DNA of 64,000 nucleotides from Anaerolineae bacterium (GTDB taxonomy: Bacteria > Chloroflexota > Anaerolineae > Aggregatilineales > JAFGMM01), in the NCBI GenBank assembly GCA_027494055.1, contig JAOSJO010000001.1:847005-911004 (forward strand), given 5' to 3'. Shown here piece by piece: positions 50,630 through 61,083 of the stretch. Each line of letters starts with the position of its first letter. Positions within the stretch are counted from its first letter, which is position 1. A program made the position numbers and the translations under genes. Below the pieces are notes generated by a model. The model was not told the origin of the DNA, searched no databases, and saw nothing but the letters and a program-made list of their open reading frames with translations.

Positions 50630-51111
50630 GGTTCCTCTGCGGGCGACGTAATCGGCGCGCCGACCGCGTGCAGCGCCTCGGCCTGGGCCTGCCACATCCG
50701 TGCGCGGGCCTCCGGCGTGTCGTGGTCGAAGCCAAGCAGGTGCAGCACGCCGTGAACCGCCAGGAGCAGCAGTTCGGCCTCAACGGTGTGGCCGGCCGCG
50801 CTCGCCTGGGCGTGGGCGCGCGGGTAGGCGATGATGATGTCGCCCAGGTAGGGGAAAGGCTCGGCCTCCGGGGCCAGGGGCGGGTCGGCGGGGAACGACA
50901 GCACATCGGTCGGCGCGTCCACGCCGCGATAGCGCGCGTTGAGGTCGCGCACTGCGTCGTCGCCGGTCACCACCACCGACAGGCTGCTCCCGGCGGGCGC
51001 GTTTTGTGCGCGCAGCGCGGCCTCCGCCGCCCGGCGCAGCGCCTCGGTGGGTACTGCGTAGGCCGGGTCTGGCTGTACGTCAACGTGGAAGGGTTCGGGT
51101 TCGTCGCTCAC
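50626..51111 (-). CDS. ybeY: rRNA maturation RNase YbeY
   Basis: GTG 51111 (MSDEPEPFHVDVQ..). It has ..TDVLSFP.. and the zinc motif HGVLHLLGFDH. The same frame stays open upstream into pgpH; see findings. Confidence 0.8.
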   Translation of the reverse strand: MSDEPEPFHVDVQPDPAYAVPTEALRRAAEAALRAQNAPAGSSLSVVVTGDDAVRDLNARYRGVDAPTDVLSFPADPPLAPEAEPFPYLGDIIIAYPRAHAQASAAGHTVEAELLLLAVHGVLHLLGFDHDTPEARARMWQAQAEALHAVGAPITSPAEEP

Positions 51112-53580
51112 GCGCTTTTTTTCGGACCGGGTGGTTTCGGCGTCAGGCGTCTCGGACGCGGCCGGCTCGGCACCCTCTTCATGCGCGGCTGGCGGTTCGT
51201 GCCCATCGCCATTTTGCGCCCTGGGGGCATTGGCCGGGGGCGGCGGCGCTTTCTCCTTTTCCTTTGCGGTCGGCGCGGCCTGTTCCTTGCTGCCGCTGTT
51301 GGCGGGGGAGCCGGCCGGTTGCGTCGCGGCCATCTCAGCCGCCGCCAGCTCGATGCCCGTGCGCTGCCCGTTGCCCACAAACGCCTTCCGGAAGCTGGCG
51401 GACGTCCTGGGCCGCTCCTGCGCGCCGGCGGGCGCGGGGGCGGCAGCCGCCGCACTGAGCCGCGCTTCCTCTTCCTCGGCGTCCTCATCTTTCGGGTAGA
51501 CGACGCGCGGATGGAAGACGCCCTTGAGCGAGGTGACAAACGCCTCGCGGATGAGGTTCAGGTCTTTCAGCGTCAGGCCGCTGTCGTCGAGCTGGCCGGC
51601 GCTGGTCTTTTGCTGCACGATGGTGTTGACGAGGGCGCGGATGCCTTCCTCGTCGGTCGGGCGGTTGGCGCGCAGCGCGCCTCGCAACTGTCGGCCAGCA
51701 TCAGGACCGCCGTCTCGCGCGATTGCGGCCTGGGGCCGGGGTAGGTGAAATCCGCCACGTTGACCGCGCTCTCGTCGCCGCCGGCCTGCTCGATGGCCTT
51801 GTGCAGGAAGTACCGCACGGTCGTGGTGCCGTGGTGCTCCCAGATGAAATCGCGCACCGCCGCCGGCAGGCGGTGTTTCCGCGCCATGCGGTCGCCTTCG
51901 GGCACGTGCCGGATGATGTACTGCGCGCTCTGCACCGGTTCCAGGCGGTCGTGGATGTTGTCGCCGCCGTAGTGCTGGTTCTCGACGAAGATGATCGGGT
52001 CATACATCTTGCCGATGTCGTGGTACATCGAGCCGACGCGCACCAGAAGCTCGTCAGCGCCGATGGCCTCGGCGGCGTTCTCGGCCATGTTGGCGATCAG
52101 CAGGCTGTGCTGGTAGGTGCCGGGGGCCTTGCGGATCAGGCTCTGTTGCAGCGGGTGATCGGCGCGCGCCAGCTCGGCAAGCATCAGGCCGGTTGTGATG
52201 TTGAAGACGCTGCCCAGGATGAACAGCCCCGCCAGCGCGAGCGCCGCTGACAGCACGCCGTTCGCCAGGCCCAGGCCGGTCTGGAGCAGCAGCGACCCAT
52301 CGATGCTGAACTCCGTCACGCCAAACGCGAGGATCACGCCGGCGTTGGCGACGCCCGCCTGGACGTCGGCGATGAAGAAGGCGTTGATGTGTGCGTCACG
52401 GCGGAGGGTGAGCGCCGCAACGACGCTGCCAATCGCCGTCAGCGTGACCATCTCGACGCTGGCGGAGATGATGCCGACGAGCAGCGCCAGCACTATCGAC
52501 GCCATGATGGCGAACCGCGCCCCGACGAGAGCGGTGAGCAGGAGCGACAGCGCGACGGCGGGGTAGAGATAGGCGACCATGTTGCTCCCCGGCTGGTCAA
52601 CCATCAGGCGCGCCAGCGCAAGGAACGCCAGGAAGAACAGGCCGCTCAAGAGGATCACGCGCACCTCTTCGGAGTTGCGCAGGTGGTAGCGGTTGAGGTA
52701 AAGCCCGACCATGACCAGGCTGACCAGCACAGCGATGAACGCCGCGGCAAGCTCTGGCGCGTTGGTGTCGCCGGCGTGCAGCAGGCCAAGCTGGATCAGC
52801 GCCTCCATGTCGGCCTCGTTGATGACCTGCCCGCCGCTCACCACCACCTGGCCCTGCTGGAACGAGCGGACGACCGGCGGCACGCTCGCCTTCGCGATCT
52901 CGCGCGCAGACTGCGTAGCTTCCGGGTCGATGAAGGTGTTGGGTTTCGTCAGCAGGTTGACGAGGTTGGTGACGACCGCTTCCTGTTCGACAGGAAGAAA
53001 GACACTGCGCCGGGGGACGGTCTGTCTGATGGCCTCCAGGTTGTCCTCGCGCACCTCGCCGCTCATGACGCTGCCAAGCACCGCGATGGCCTGGTCGCGC
53101 ACCTGACGCCACTCGGCGTCGTTGAACGACAGCAGCCTGGAGACGACATCGTTCTCCAGCGCCAGGTCTTCCATCGCGGCCAGGTCCGCCTCCTTCTGCG
53201 CGCGGCTGGCGAAGGGATCGTTGCGCACGTGCTCGATGTAGTCCAGCACCAATTGCGCGCGGTTCACCTGGCGGCGGGCAATGTCGTTGTCGGTTTTGTA
53301 GACATTGCGCACCACACTGGCGTTTTCCTGGCGCTGTTGCTCGGTGAGCACGATGCTCTCGAAGCTGGTGTCGCGTGGCGCAACGAGGTCAAAAAGGCGC
53401 CACGTCGCCGACAGTCAGGGCGTCCAGATTGGCGTTGGCGCTGGGGTTGAAGCCGCGTGATCCAACGACCACGGTTGCAAGCGCGAGGAAAGCGACCAGC
53501 ACGAAGATAGCGATGACAATATGAGCCGGTGTGTTAAGCCAATGTAATGCACCCCGGTTCCGGCTGTTTTGCGTCTCCAT
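51108..53580 (-). CDS. PgpH-like 7TM-HD membrane phosphohydrolase (frame breaks at 53391-53395 and near 51685; 3' end uncertain)
   Basis: METQNSRN.. start at 53580 with a TM helix, an extracellular domain, a 7TM block, and an HD domain ..YQHSLLIANMAENAA..GSMYHDIGK..WEHHGTT... The tail ..LKGVFHPRVVYP is followed by an acidic/Pro-rich region. Confidence 0.75.
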
Positions 53581-53665
53581 CAACAACTCCCTGGAGCACA
53601 CAGCCCCGTTTCCGCTTCTGCTGTTCGCTCCTTCCCGGTTGATGCTGATCCTGCCCTGCACCAGG

Positions 53666-54109
53666 TCAAGACAGGAGTTCCCTTACCACCTGGTTGACGA
53701 GCCGGCCGTCGGCCCGCCCCTTGAGGCGCGGCATGAGCGCGCGCATCACGTTGCCGATGTCCTTGGGGCCGGCAGCGCCGACCTCCGCGATCACGGCCCT
53801 CGCTTCGGCGGCGATTTCCTCGGCGCTGAGCTGCTGGGGGAGGTAGCCCTCCAGAATCGCCAGTTCGCGGCGCTCCTGCTCGGCCAGGGCGGCGCGCCCT
53901 GCGCCGTCCATTTCGGCGATGCTATCGCGGCGCTTCTTGGCCTCGGCAACCAGGACCTCCGTTGCCTCGTCTTCCGATAGCTCGCCGCCCTTCTCAACCT
54001 CCGCGTTCTTGAGCGCCGCCAGCGCCATGCGGATGACGCTGCGACGGTCAGGGTCGCCGGCCTTCATCGCGGCCTTGAGGTCTTCCTGAAGTTGCGCCTT
54101 TGGGTGCAT
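53666..54109 (-). CDS. GatB/YqeY domain-containing protein
   Basis: MHPKAQLQEDLKAAMKAGDPDRRSVIRMALAALKNAEVEKG..YLPQQLSAEEI..GPKDIGNVMRALMPRLKGRADGRLVNQVVRELL. Confidence 0.85.
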   Translation of the reverse strand: MHPKAQLQEDLKAAMKAGDPDRRSVIRMALAALKNAEVEKGGELSEDEATEVLVAEAKKRRDSIAEMDGAGRAALAEQERRELAILEGYLPQQLSAEEIAAEARAVIAEVGAAGPKDIGNVMRALMPRLKGRADGRLVNQVVRELLS

Positions 54110-54162
54110 ACCCATCTCCGCACAAGGGTCCGTGCATCTGAGCATTCGACCAGACAGGGGGA

Positions 54163-55521
54163 TTATAACGACGCGGCAACACTTGTCAATTGAGCCGGAA
54201 GCGGCCCCAGCCCGTGCCCACCAGGATGGACATAGCCCGGCTTTTGTTTCAGTAAACCGTCAGGGGACGCGCCCACAAGCTCGCCACACAGCCCGCCGTC
54301 GCACGCGCTGGCGAGGCGAACCGGGGTGATGGTGTTGGTGAGGACGCGCGGCGCGTCGAGCCACACGCGGAGGTAGTTGTCGGTAAGCCCGGTGTTGCGC
54401 CACACGCGACCGCGCGCGCCCGCGTCGGCCTCCCAGAGCACGGACATCACCCGCCCGACGAAGCGCGCGGCGAAGCGCCGCCCGCCCTCATCCGAGAGGG
54501 CCTGTATCTGCGCGCTGCGGGCGCGCTTGGTGGCCTCGTCGATCTGAGGCGACATCGAGGCCGCCGCCGTCCCTTCGCGGGGCGAGTAGCGAAACACGTG
54601 CAGCTTTGCGAAGTCCATCGCACGCGCGAACGCCACGCTCTCTGCGAACTCGGCGTCGGTTTCGCCGGGGAATCCGACGATGATGTCGGTCGTCAGCGCC
54701 AGGTCGGGGATGCGGGCGCGGGCGCTCTCGACCAGCGCCGCGTAGGCGGCGGGCGTGGTCCGCCGCGCCATGCGCCGGAGCGTCCGCGCGGCCCCGCTCT
54801 GCAGCGGCAGGTGAAGCTGCCGGCACAGGCGGCCATCCTGCCAGAGGTCGAAGAAGCCGGGCGCGAGGTCCCACGGCTCCAGCGAGGAGAGCCGCAGGCG
54901 CGGGACCGCCGTCCCGTCGAGCACGGCGCGCACCAGCGTGAAGAGGTCGGTACCCAGGTCGCGCCCATACGCGCCCAGGTGCACGCCGGTCAGCACCACC
55001 TCTTTGTACCCCGCGCCGGCGAGCGCGTCGATCTCGGCGGCCACCGCGCTCAGGGGGCGGCTCCGGCTTGCGCCGCGCGCGATGGTGGTCACGCAGAAGG
55101 TGCAGCGGTTGTTGCAGCCGTCCTGCACCTTGACGAAGGCGCGCGTCCGCCCCGCCGTGCCAGAGGTGGGCAGGGCCTCGTCCGGGCGGGCGTTGTCCGG
55201 CTGCGGCGCGATGTCGTCCTTTTCCGCGTTGGGCACCACCTGGAGCACGCCCGGCAGCCCGGCGACCGCTTCCGGCTCCAACTGGGCGTAGCAGCCGGTC
55301 ACGATGATCGACAGCGCCGGGTTCGCGCGGTGCAGGCGCCGGACCAACTGGCGGCTCTTGCGCGCGGCCTCGCCCGTGACCGCGCACGTGTTCACCACGC
55401 ACACGTCAGCGTCCGCGGCGTCGGCCACCACGTCATGGCCGGCGGCGGCGTACTGGCGCGCCATGCGCTCGATTTCCGCCTGGTTGAGGCGGCATCCCAG
55501 CGTGTGGAGATAGACTCGCAT
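54163..55521 (-). CDS. mtaB: tRNA t6A37 methylthiotransferase MtaB (radical SAM MTTase)
   Basis: N-terminal MTTase motifs LGCRLNQAE..VVNTCAVT, radical-SAM CNNRCTFC, and a TRAM-like C-terminus. Intact 452-aa ORF. Confidence 0.75.
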   Translation of the reverse strand: MRVYLHTLGCRLNQAEIERMARQYAAAGHDVVADAADADVCVVNTCAVTGEAARKSRQLVRRLHRANPALSIIVTGCYAQLEPEAVAGLPGVLQVVPNAEKDDIAPQPDNARPDEALPTSGTAGRTRAFVKVQDGCNNRCTFCVTTIARGASRSRPLSAVAAEIDALAGAGYKEVVLTGVHLGAYGRDLGTDLFTLVRAVLDGTAVPRLRLSSLEPWDLAPGFFDLWQDGRLCRQLHLPLQSGAARTLRRMARRTTPAAYAALVESARARIPDLALTTDIIVGFPGETDAEFAESVAFARAMDFAKLHVFRYSPREGTAAASMSPQIDEATKRARSAQIQALSDEGGRRFAARFVGRVMSVLWEADAGARGRVWRNTGLTDNYLRVWLDAPRVLTNTITPVRLASACDGGLCGELVGASPDGLLKQKPGYVHPGGHGLGPLPAQLTSVAASL

Positions 55522-55697
55522 TGCCCTGGCGTGCGACCCCGCAATGCCGATTCCCGATAATCACTGTATAGTATCGCCCCAGAACGCACAGTGCGAAAAC
55601 TCAAATGCCTGCCCGATACGCGCAGGTGATTCTGTGTCTTGGTGCTGCCAGGGCCTTCGGTGTCTCAAGGCGGCCCTGCTGTAAGTGGGGAAGCGCG

Positions 55698-56174
55698 CTA
55701 CTTCATGCGCCCGGTCACGCGGATGAACCAGCGCATACAGCTATGGAAGAAGTCCGGCTCCACGAACATCATCGGGCAGCCCACCTCAATCACGTTGACG
55801 TTGGCGGCGCGGCACGCCTCGACGGCCTTCTCCGAAACGCTGGACCCCATCAGCGTGTTGTTGTGCATCCACACGTGCCTGACGCCCAGGTCCAGCGCCT
55901 CCCGCACGATGATCTCGGTGATGTCCGGGCTGTTCATGATGAACACGGCATCCACGCCGCCGGGGATCGCGCCGAGATTGGGATAGCACCGGTCGCCATG
56001 CAGCGTCTCGGCGCTTGGGTGTACCGGGAACACCTGATAGCCGTGATCGCGCAGTTTCAGGTAGACCGCGCCCGCGCCGCTGTCCTTCGTGCGTGACAGC
56101 CCGGACACGGCGATCCGCTTCTGGGCGAGGAAGTCCTGAACCCTCTCCTGATGAGTCATCTCTGCAGCGGTCAT
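55698..56174 (-). CDS. CoA-binding domain protein
   Basis: ..KRIAVSGLSRTKDSGAGAVYLKLRDHGYQVFPVHP..CYPNLGAIPGGVDAVFIM.. is typical of the CoA_binding_2 family. Confidence 0.7.
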   Translation of the reverse strand: MTAAEMTHQERVQDFLAQKRIAVSGLSRTKDSGAGAVYLKLRDHGYQVFPVHPSAETLHGDRCYPNLGAIPGGVDAVFIMNSPDITEIIVREALDLGVRHVWMHNNTLMGSSVSEKAVEACRAANVNVIEVGCPMMFVEPDFFHSCMRWFIRVTGRMK

Positions 56175-56408
56175 CGTTTGCTCGTTTCTCTCGTCTTCTG
56201 TTCCTGAGATTCATAAGGCTTCACGTTACGTTTGAGACAGTGCAGAATATCACCTCCGCAGCGGTTACTTGTCACCAGTCAGCGGCCGGCCTGCCATCGA
56301 GCGTGGCGCATAGACGAAGCAGGCGCTTCCTCACTTTCCTCAATCGCCCGACGCGCCTAGAATAGGCATTGTCGCACCGGCGTCGGGCAGCGACTTGCGC
56401 CTTGAAAG

Positions 56409-56523
56409 TATCTGTTCATCTTTGGTTCCCGCGACTGAAGTCGCGGGCTAATCCGTATTCTTACCTGCCGTCTTCTGTGATTAGCCGACGACTTCAGTCG
56501 TTGGGCTACAAAAAACACACCAT
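56409..56523 (-). repeat. family-2 dispersed element (copy 2, inverted relative to copy 1)
   Basis: TATCTGTTC..CCCGCGACTGAAGTCGCGGGCTAAT..CCGACGACTTCAGTCGTTGGGCT..AAACACACCAT. Its reverse complement aligns end to end with 39823-39938. Confidence 0.8.
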
Positions 56524-56581
56524 AGCGTGATGCCGAGCGGACAACGTGAATGGATACTCTTGAAGCGAGGAGGGCAGCTTG

Positions 56582-57049
56582 ATGCGCACAGGTGAACCGC
56601 GCGCGGACGTTCTGAACTCGCGGCAGCGCGTAGGTGCATTGCTGATCGCCGCCGGGATGCTGCTGCTGGCCGGCTTTTTTGTCGCTCACCAGGCCACGAA
56701 CACCGGTTTTTTCACCGCCAGGTTTGGGGCCATGGAGGCGATCCTCCTCTATGGTCCGATCCTGCTCAGCATCATCGACTTCGTTGTGCAGGCGGTGACC
56801 GGCCGGCGGAATCCAGCCCGCCCGTTTGAGGTCGCCAGTGGCCTGCTTCTGGGGCTGGCGGCGCTGTGGTTCCTGATCGTGTTCCCGTTCGACTTCAGCC
56901 ACCTGGCGGACGCCCTGCCGGAAGGGGTGCGTTTCCTCCTGGCCTGGGTGACCGACGATATTGGCAAAATCCCGCTGGTCATCCAGTTGTTCGCCGGCCC
57001 GATCAATGCCTTCCAGGCGATCCGGGCATATCGCGCCGGCTTGGGGTAA
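56582..57049 (+). CDS. hypothetical integral membrane protein
   Basis: ATG 56582 follows a GAGGAGGG RBS. There are four predicted hydrophobic helices and no recognisable family. Confidence 0.5.
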   Translation: MRTGEPRADVLNSRQRVGALLIAAGMLLLAGFFVAHQATNTGFFTARFGAMEAILLYGPILLSIIDFVVQAVTGRRNPARPFEVASGLLLGLAALWFLIVFPFDFSHLADALPEGVRFLLAWVTDDIGKIPLVIQLFAGPINAFQAIRAYRAGLG

Positions 57050-57143
57050 GCGTCGGTGCGCCGGCGCGGGTTGGCCGGCGCGCTCAGGTCACGGAACGCG
57101 CGGAAGAATCGCGCCCGCTTTGTCTTCATCAAGGAGAGCGACA

Positions 57144-57579
57144 ATGAACGTGCTCGTGCTGTACCAGAGCCGGGGTGGTCATACGCGCAGCGCGGCGGGA
57201 GGCCATCGCGCAGGCGGCGCGCGACCTGAACCACGAGGCCGTCGTGAAGTCCGTTATCGAAGTGCAGATCGCCGATGTCGAAAACGCCGATGTGCTTTTT
57301 GTGGGCACGTGGGTTCAGGGCTTCATCCTGTTTGCCGTCAGGCCCGCCGGCGCGGACCTGTGGGCGCCGGCGCTCCCGCCGTTGAAGGGCAAACCGGTCG
57401 GCGCCTTCTGCACCTATGCCATCCATCCGCGCGGCAGCCTGCGCATACTTGGCGGCATGCTTGCCGCGCGGGGCGCGAACGTCGTGGGCGAGCGCGCCTT
57501 TCACCGCTTCCGCCCCGGCGCGGGCGCAGCGCCGTTCGTCCAGCGCGTGTTGCAGTCAGCCGGGCGCGCGCCGGCCTGA
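57144..57579 (+). CDS. flavodoxin-like fold protein (frame break at 57197-57199)
   Basis: AAGGAGAG RBS. MNVLVLYQSRGGHTR.. then, after the break, ..EAIAQAARDLNHEAVVKSV..ADVLFVGTWVQG... Confidence 0.55.
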
Positions 57580-57594
57580 GCGTCAGCCTGTCGC

Positions 57595-58380
57595 CTATTG
57601 CGCCGGGGCCGGCTCCGGCCCGACCACAACCAGGTTGTCGAACCCGATGAGCGCGCCGGGCTGCGACAACGTGCCCGCGGCGACGCCGATGTGGCCGTGT
57701 GCGAAGGTGGGGTCGATCAGCACGTCGGTCAGCTCGCCGCCCTGGCACGTCTCGGCGATGGCGTTTTCGCCCAGGCACAGCTCGAGCTGGTGGCCGTTGA
57801 CAAAGAACGTGAAGCGGTCGCCGCGCGCCACCACGCGGAGGCGGTTCGGCGCGTCCTGGCCCAGGTTGATGTGCTCCGAGCGCCGCCAGCCGCTGATGGT
57901 CGTCACATCCTCAAGGAGGTCTGGGCCGTTGCGGCGCAGCACCTGATAGTAGCCGTCGCCGCTGATTAAGAAGTGGAAGTAGTGCTGCGCGTCCTGGTGC
58001 CGGAAGACCACGCCGTAGCCGTTGTCGTCGGGGCCGGCCAACTGGGTCGCCTCGACCGTCAGGTCGAAGTCGCTGAAGCGGCGGTCGAGCCAGGTAAACG
58101 CGCCGTCGTTCGTGTCGCCGATGTTCACCTGTAACTGCCCACCGACGACCTGCGCCGACTTGCGACCGGGGTAGAGGTCCCACTCGTCGTTGAAGGCGTC
58201 GAAGGTCGTCGCGTAGAGCAGCGCGCCGGGTGCGGGCTGCGCGGGCGCGCTCTCCGTGCCGGCGGCCTGGATGAGGAAGATCAGCGCAATCAGGATCGCC
58301 GCCAGCCCAAGATCGACGATCAGCAGCGTCCTGGTGCGCCATTGTGTGATGTTCCACGTGATTTTCCGGGTAGCGTCCAT
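57595..58380 (-). CDS. membrane-anchored LamG/DUF1080-like jelly-roll protein
   Basis: TM anchor LLIVDLGLAAILIALIFLI. Then ..FDAFNDEWDLY..DFDLTVEATQ..YGVVFRHQD..YYHFLISGDGYY..RLRVVARGDRFTFFVNG..GVAAG...FDNLVV. Confidence 0.5.
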   Translation of the reverse strand: MDATRKITWNITQWRTRTLLIVDLGLAAILIALIFLIQAAGTESAPAQPAPGALLYATTFDAFNDEWDLYPGRKSAQVVGGQLQVNIGDTNDGAFTWLDRRFSDFDLTVEATQLAGPDDNGYGVVFRHQDAQHYFHFLISGDGYYQVLRRNGPDLLEDVTTISGWRRSEHINLGQDAPNRLRVVARGDRFTFFVNGHQLELCLGENAIAETCQGGELTDVLIDPTFAHGHIGVAAGTLSQPGALIGFDNLVVVGPEPAPAQ

Positions 58381-58398
58381 GGCAACCTCGCCATCATC

Positions 58399-59127
58399 TC
58401 ACGGGAGCGCGACAACCGACACGTTGTCGAACGCGACCGCCGCGCCGCCCACTTCGCCCGTCGCAACCACCAGACCGACGCCGCCAACCGCCAGCGCGCC
58501 ATCCTGCGCCTGGGCGACCGGCGTCTCGTTCACCAGGAACGTGAATGCGTCCCCCGCCGCGCGGACGCTCAGGACGTTCGTCGCGCCCGGCCCGGCGGCC
58601 ACCGCGGCGGAAGCGGTCAGCGGGATGAGGGTCTCCCAGACGCCCGCCTCCAGCCGGGAGAAGGTGTACGCGCCGCCGCCGGTGACACTGAAGAGATACA
58701 TGTCGAACGAACCCTGCAGGCGAAACGCGAGGCCGTACTGCGCGCTTTCTGCGCCGTCGAGCAGCGTCGCCTCGACCGCAAACACGGCGTCGCCGGCCAT
58801 CAGGTCAACGTCGGGCGCAGACGACGCCGTGTGGCCGGGCGGCTTCACGTCGATGCGAAAACGCGCCTGTTCATACCACGCGACCGCGTCCGCATCGTCG
58901 AACTGACGCCACCGGCCCGCGCGCGTGTCGAAACCATCCACAAAGACCACGTTACCCCCGCCCGGCGGCGTGGACGCCCCGGCGCGTGCGGCTGACGTGC
59001 TCGCGGGAATGGCGATGACCGTCGGCGTGAGCGTCGGCGCAGGGGGCGTGGTGTAGGTCGTCAGGTTGCAGGCCAGCATCCCAAGCGCCAGCGCGGCCAG
59101 CGCACAAGGCACACGGCGCAGTGACAT
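58399..59127 (-). CDS. LamG/DUF1080-like jelly-roll lipoprotein, paralog of 57595..58380
   Basis: Lipobox LGMLAC and a PT linker. Then ..FVDGFDTRAGRWRQF..DAVFAVEATL..YGLAFRLQG..MYLFSVTGGGAY..VLSVRAAGDAFTFLVNE..GLVVAT...FDNVSV. Confidence 0.5.
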   Translation of the reverse strand: MSLRRVPCALAALALGMLACNLTTYTTPPAPTLTPTVIAIPASTSAARAGASTPPGGGNVVFVDGFDTRAGRWRQFDDADAVAWYEQARFRIDVKPPGHTASSAPDVDLMAGDAVFAVEATLLDGAESAQYGLAFRLQGSFDMYLFSVTGGGAYTFSRLEAGVWETLIPLTASAAVAAGPGATNVLSVRAAGDAFTFLVNETPVAQAQDGALAVGGVGLVVATGEVGGAAVAFDNVSVVALP

Positions 59128-59184
59128 CGAAAGCCCTCCGCCGGGCGATTGTACCGTGCCCCTCCCGCAGGCGCGAAAGGGCGG

Positions 59185-60637
59185 CTATTCCAGGCGGTCC
59201 AGGCCGCGCGCCGCCAGCGTCGCCCAGCGCGACCCCGGCGCGCCCTCAAGGACGCTCTGGTACACCGCCGCCGCGCTCTCCGTGTCGCCCGTGACTTCCA
59301 GCAGCACGCCGTAATAGTAGCTTGCGCGCGGGTCGGCAGGGTCCAGCTCCAGCGCCTTCTGGAGCGCGCGCAGGGCGTCCGCCTCCCGGCCAAGCTGGTA
59401 CAGCGCCCACCCCTGGCTGGCGTGGACCTCGGCGCGGTCGGGCGCATGCAGCAGCGCCTCGTTGATGGCGGCGAGGCCGGCCCCATCCAGGTTGTAGCCG
59501 GTGTCCGCGTAGAGCGCGGCAAGCTGCCCCCACAGCGCGCTGTTCCCTTCATCGCGCGCCACCGCCTGCTTCAGCCAGGCGACGGCGCGCTCAAGGTCGC
59601 CGCTGGCCCGGTACGCCGCGCTCAACTCCGCGAGGATGGCCGGGTTCTCCGGGTCCAGCGAGGCCGCCTGAATCAGCGCAATCAGCGCCGAGTCGTAATC
59701 GCCGGCCAGGGCGTAATGCCGGCCCAGGGCGTAGCGCACCAGTGCGTTTTCCGGGGCGAGCGCGACCGCCGCGTTGAGCGCGGGCAGGCCATCCTCGCCG
59801 AGCTGGTCACGCACCAGGCCGAGGTAGGCCATTGCGTCGGCGTAGCGCGGGTTGTGCAGAAGCGCCTGCTCAAGCGCATACGCCGCCAGCGGCCACGCCT
59901 CGTGCGCCATGAGGACGCGCGCAAGCTGCGCGTTGGCGAACGCCCGGTCGGTCTGGCTCGCCGTCGCGCCGAGCACGTCGATCACGGCGGCGGCTGCGTC
60001 GGCATAGGCCGGGTCTGCCGCCGCGACCTCAAAGGTGCGGCGCGGCCTGTTCCGGCAGGTACGGCGCGAGCAACAGGCCCAGGTGATAGCGCGCGGCGGC
60101 GTCGTCGGGGGCTGCCGCGACCAGCCGTTGCAGCAGGAGCGTCGCTTGCTCCCAGTCTCTGGCCTGTATGGCCGCACCGGCGAGCGCGCGCAGCGCCCCC
60201 GTGTTCTCCGGGTCGGCGCTGAGGGCGGCCTCCCATGCTGCGACCGCCGCCCCGGCCTCGCCGCGCGCGTGGAGCGCATCGCCCAGCCGGCGGTGCAGGT
60301 CAGCCGTCCAGCCGGCCCGCCCGGCAAGCTGGCGCAGGCTGCGCTCCGCGTCTGCATAACGGCCCGCCGCCATCGCCGCCTGCGCGGCCCGGTCGAGCGG
60401 CGCGGGGTCCCAGGGGGCGGCTGCCGCCGCCACGCTGTAGGCGGCCAGCGCCGCCGCCGGGTCGCCCTCGGCAAGCGCGCGGTCGCCCTCGCCGAGGTGA
60501 TGCGCATACACGAGCGCAACCAGGAGCGCCGCCGCAAGCGCGGCGATCAACGCCAGCGCCAGGGCAGCCCAAACCAGCCGCGTGGCGGGTGGGCGGCGAC
60601 AGGCGGCCTCTCCTGAATTCGTCGCGCGCGCCGGCAA
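59185..60637 (-). CDS. membrane-anchored tetratricopeptide (TPR) repeat protein (frame break near 60036-60040)
   Basis: Fragments 60029..60637 (TM helix LVWAALALALIAALAAALLVALV plus TPRs) and 59185..60537 read contiguously. There are many A..Y..AL..P....A...LG repeats. Confidence 0.65.
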
Positions 60638-60646
60638 TGGGGGGAC

Positions 60647-61021
60647 CTAATGCAAAGCCAGTCGGATGATGTCTTCGACCTCGTCCGGCGTGAACGGCTT
60701 GACCAGGTAGGCGCTCACCTCCTGAAGTTTGCCGATCAGCCGGTTCGCCGGGTCGTCATGGGCGGTAATCACGACCACCGGGACGCGGAACGACCCGTCC
60801 GCGCCCTTGATCTCCTCCAGAATCTTCCACCCGGACATGTCGGGCAGCCCCAGGTCAAGGAGGATCAGGTCCGGGTCGTGCTCCTGGATAATCTGAATGG
60901 CCTTCGTGCCGTGCGTGGCGTGATGCCCCTCCAGGGACATGGCGTCGAGCACGGCGAGGATGATCTCGGCAAGTTCGACCGAGTCTTCGACAATAAGGAC
61001 TTTGTCTGCATTCACACTCAT
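60647..61021 (-). CDS. single-domain response regulator (CheY-like receiver)
   Basis: ..KVLIVEDS..DLILLDLGLPDMSG..VVVITAH..YLVKPF.. (acidic pocket, phospho-acceptor Asp, T/K signature). Confidence 0.85.
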   Translation of the reverse strand: MSVNADKVLIVEDSVELAEIILAVLDAMSLEGHHATHGTKAIQIIQEHDPDLILLDLGLPDMSGWKILEEIKGADGSFRVPVVVITAHDDPANRLIGKLQEVSAYLVKPFTPDEVEDIIRLALH

Positions 61022-61083
61022 CTGAGACAGTGCTCCGGGGAACGGGTCATCGCCTGTCGTGCGCGCGCCTTGCTCCAGGGAGC

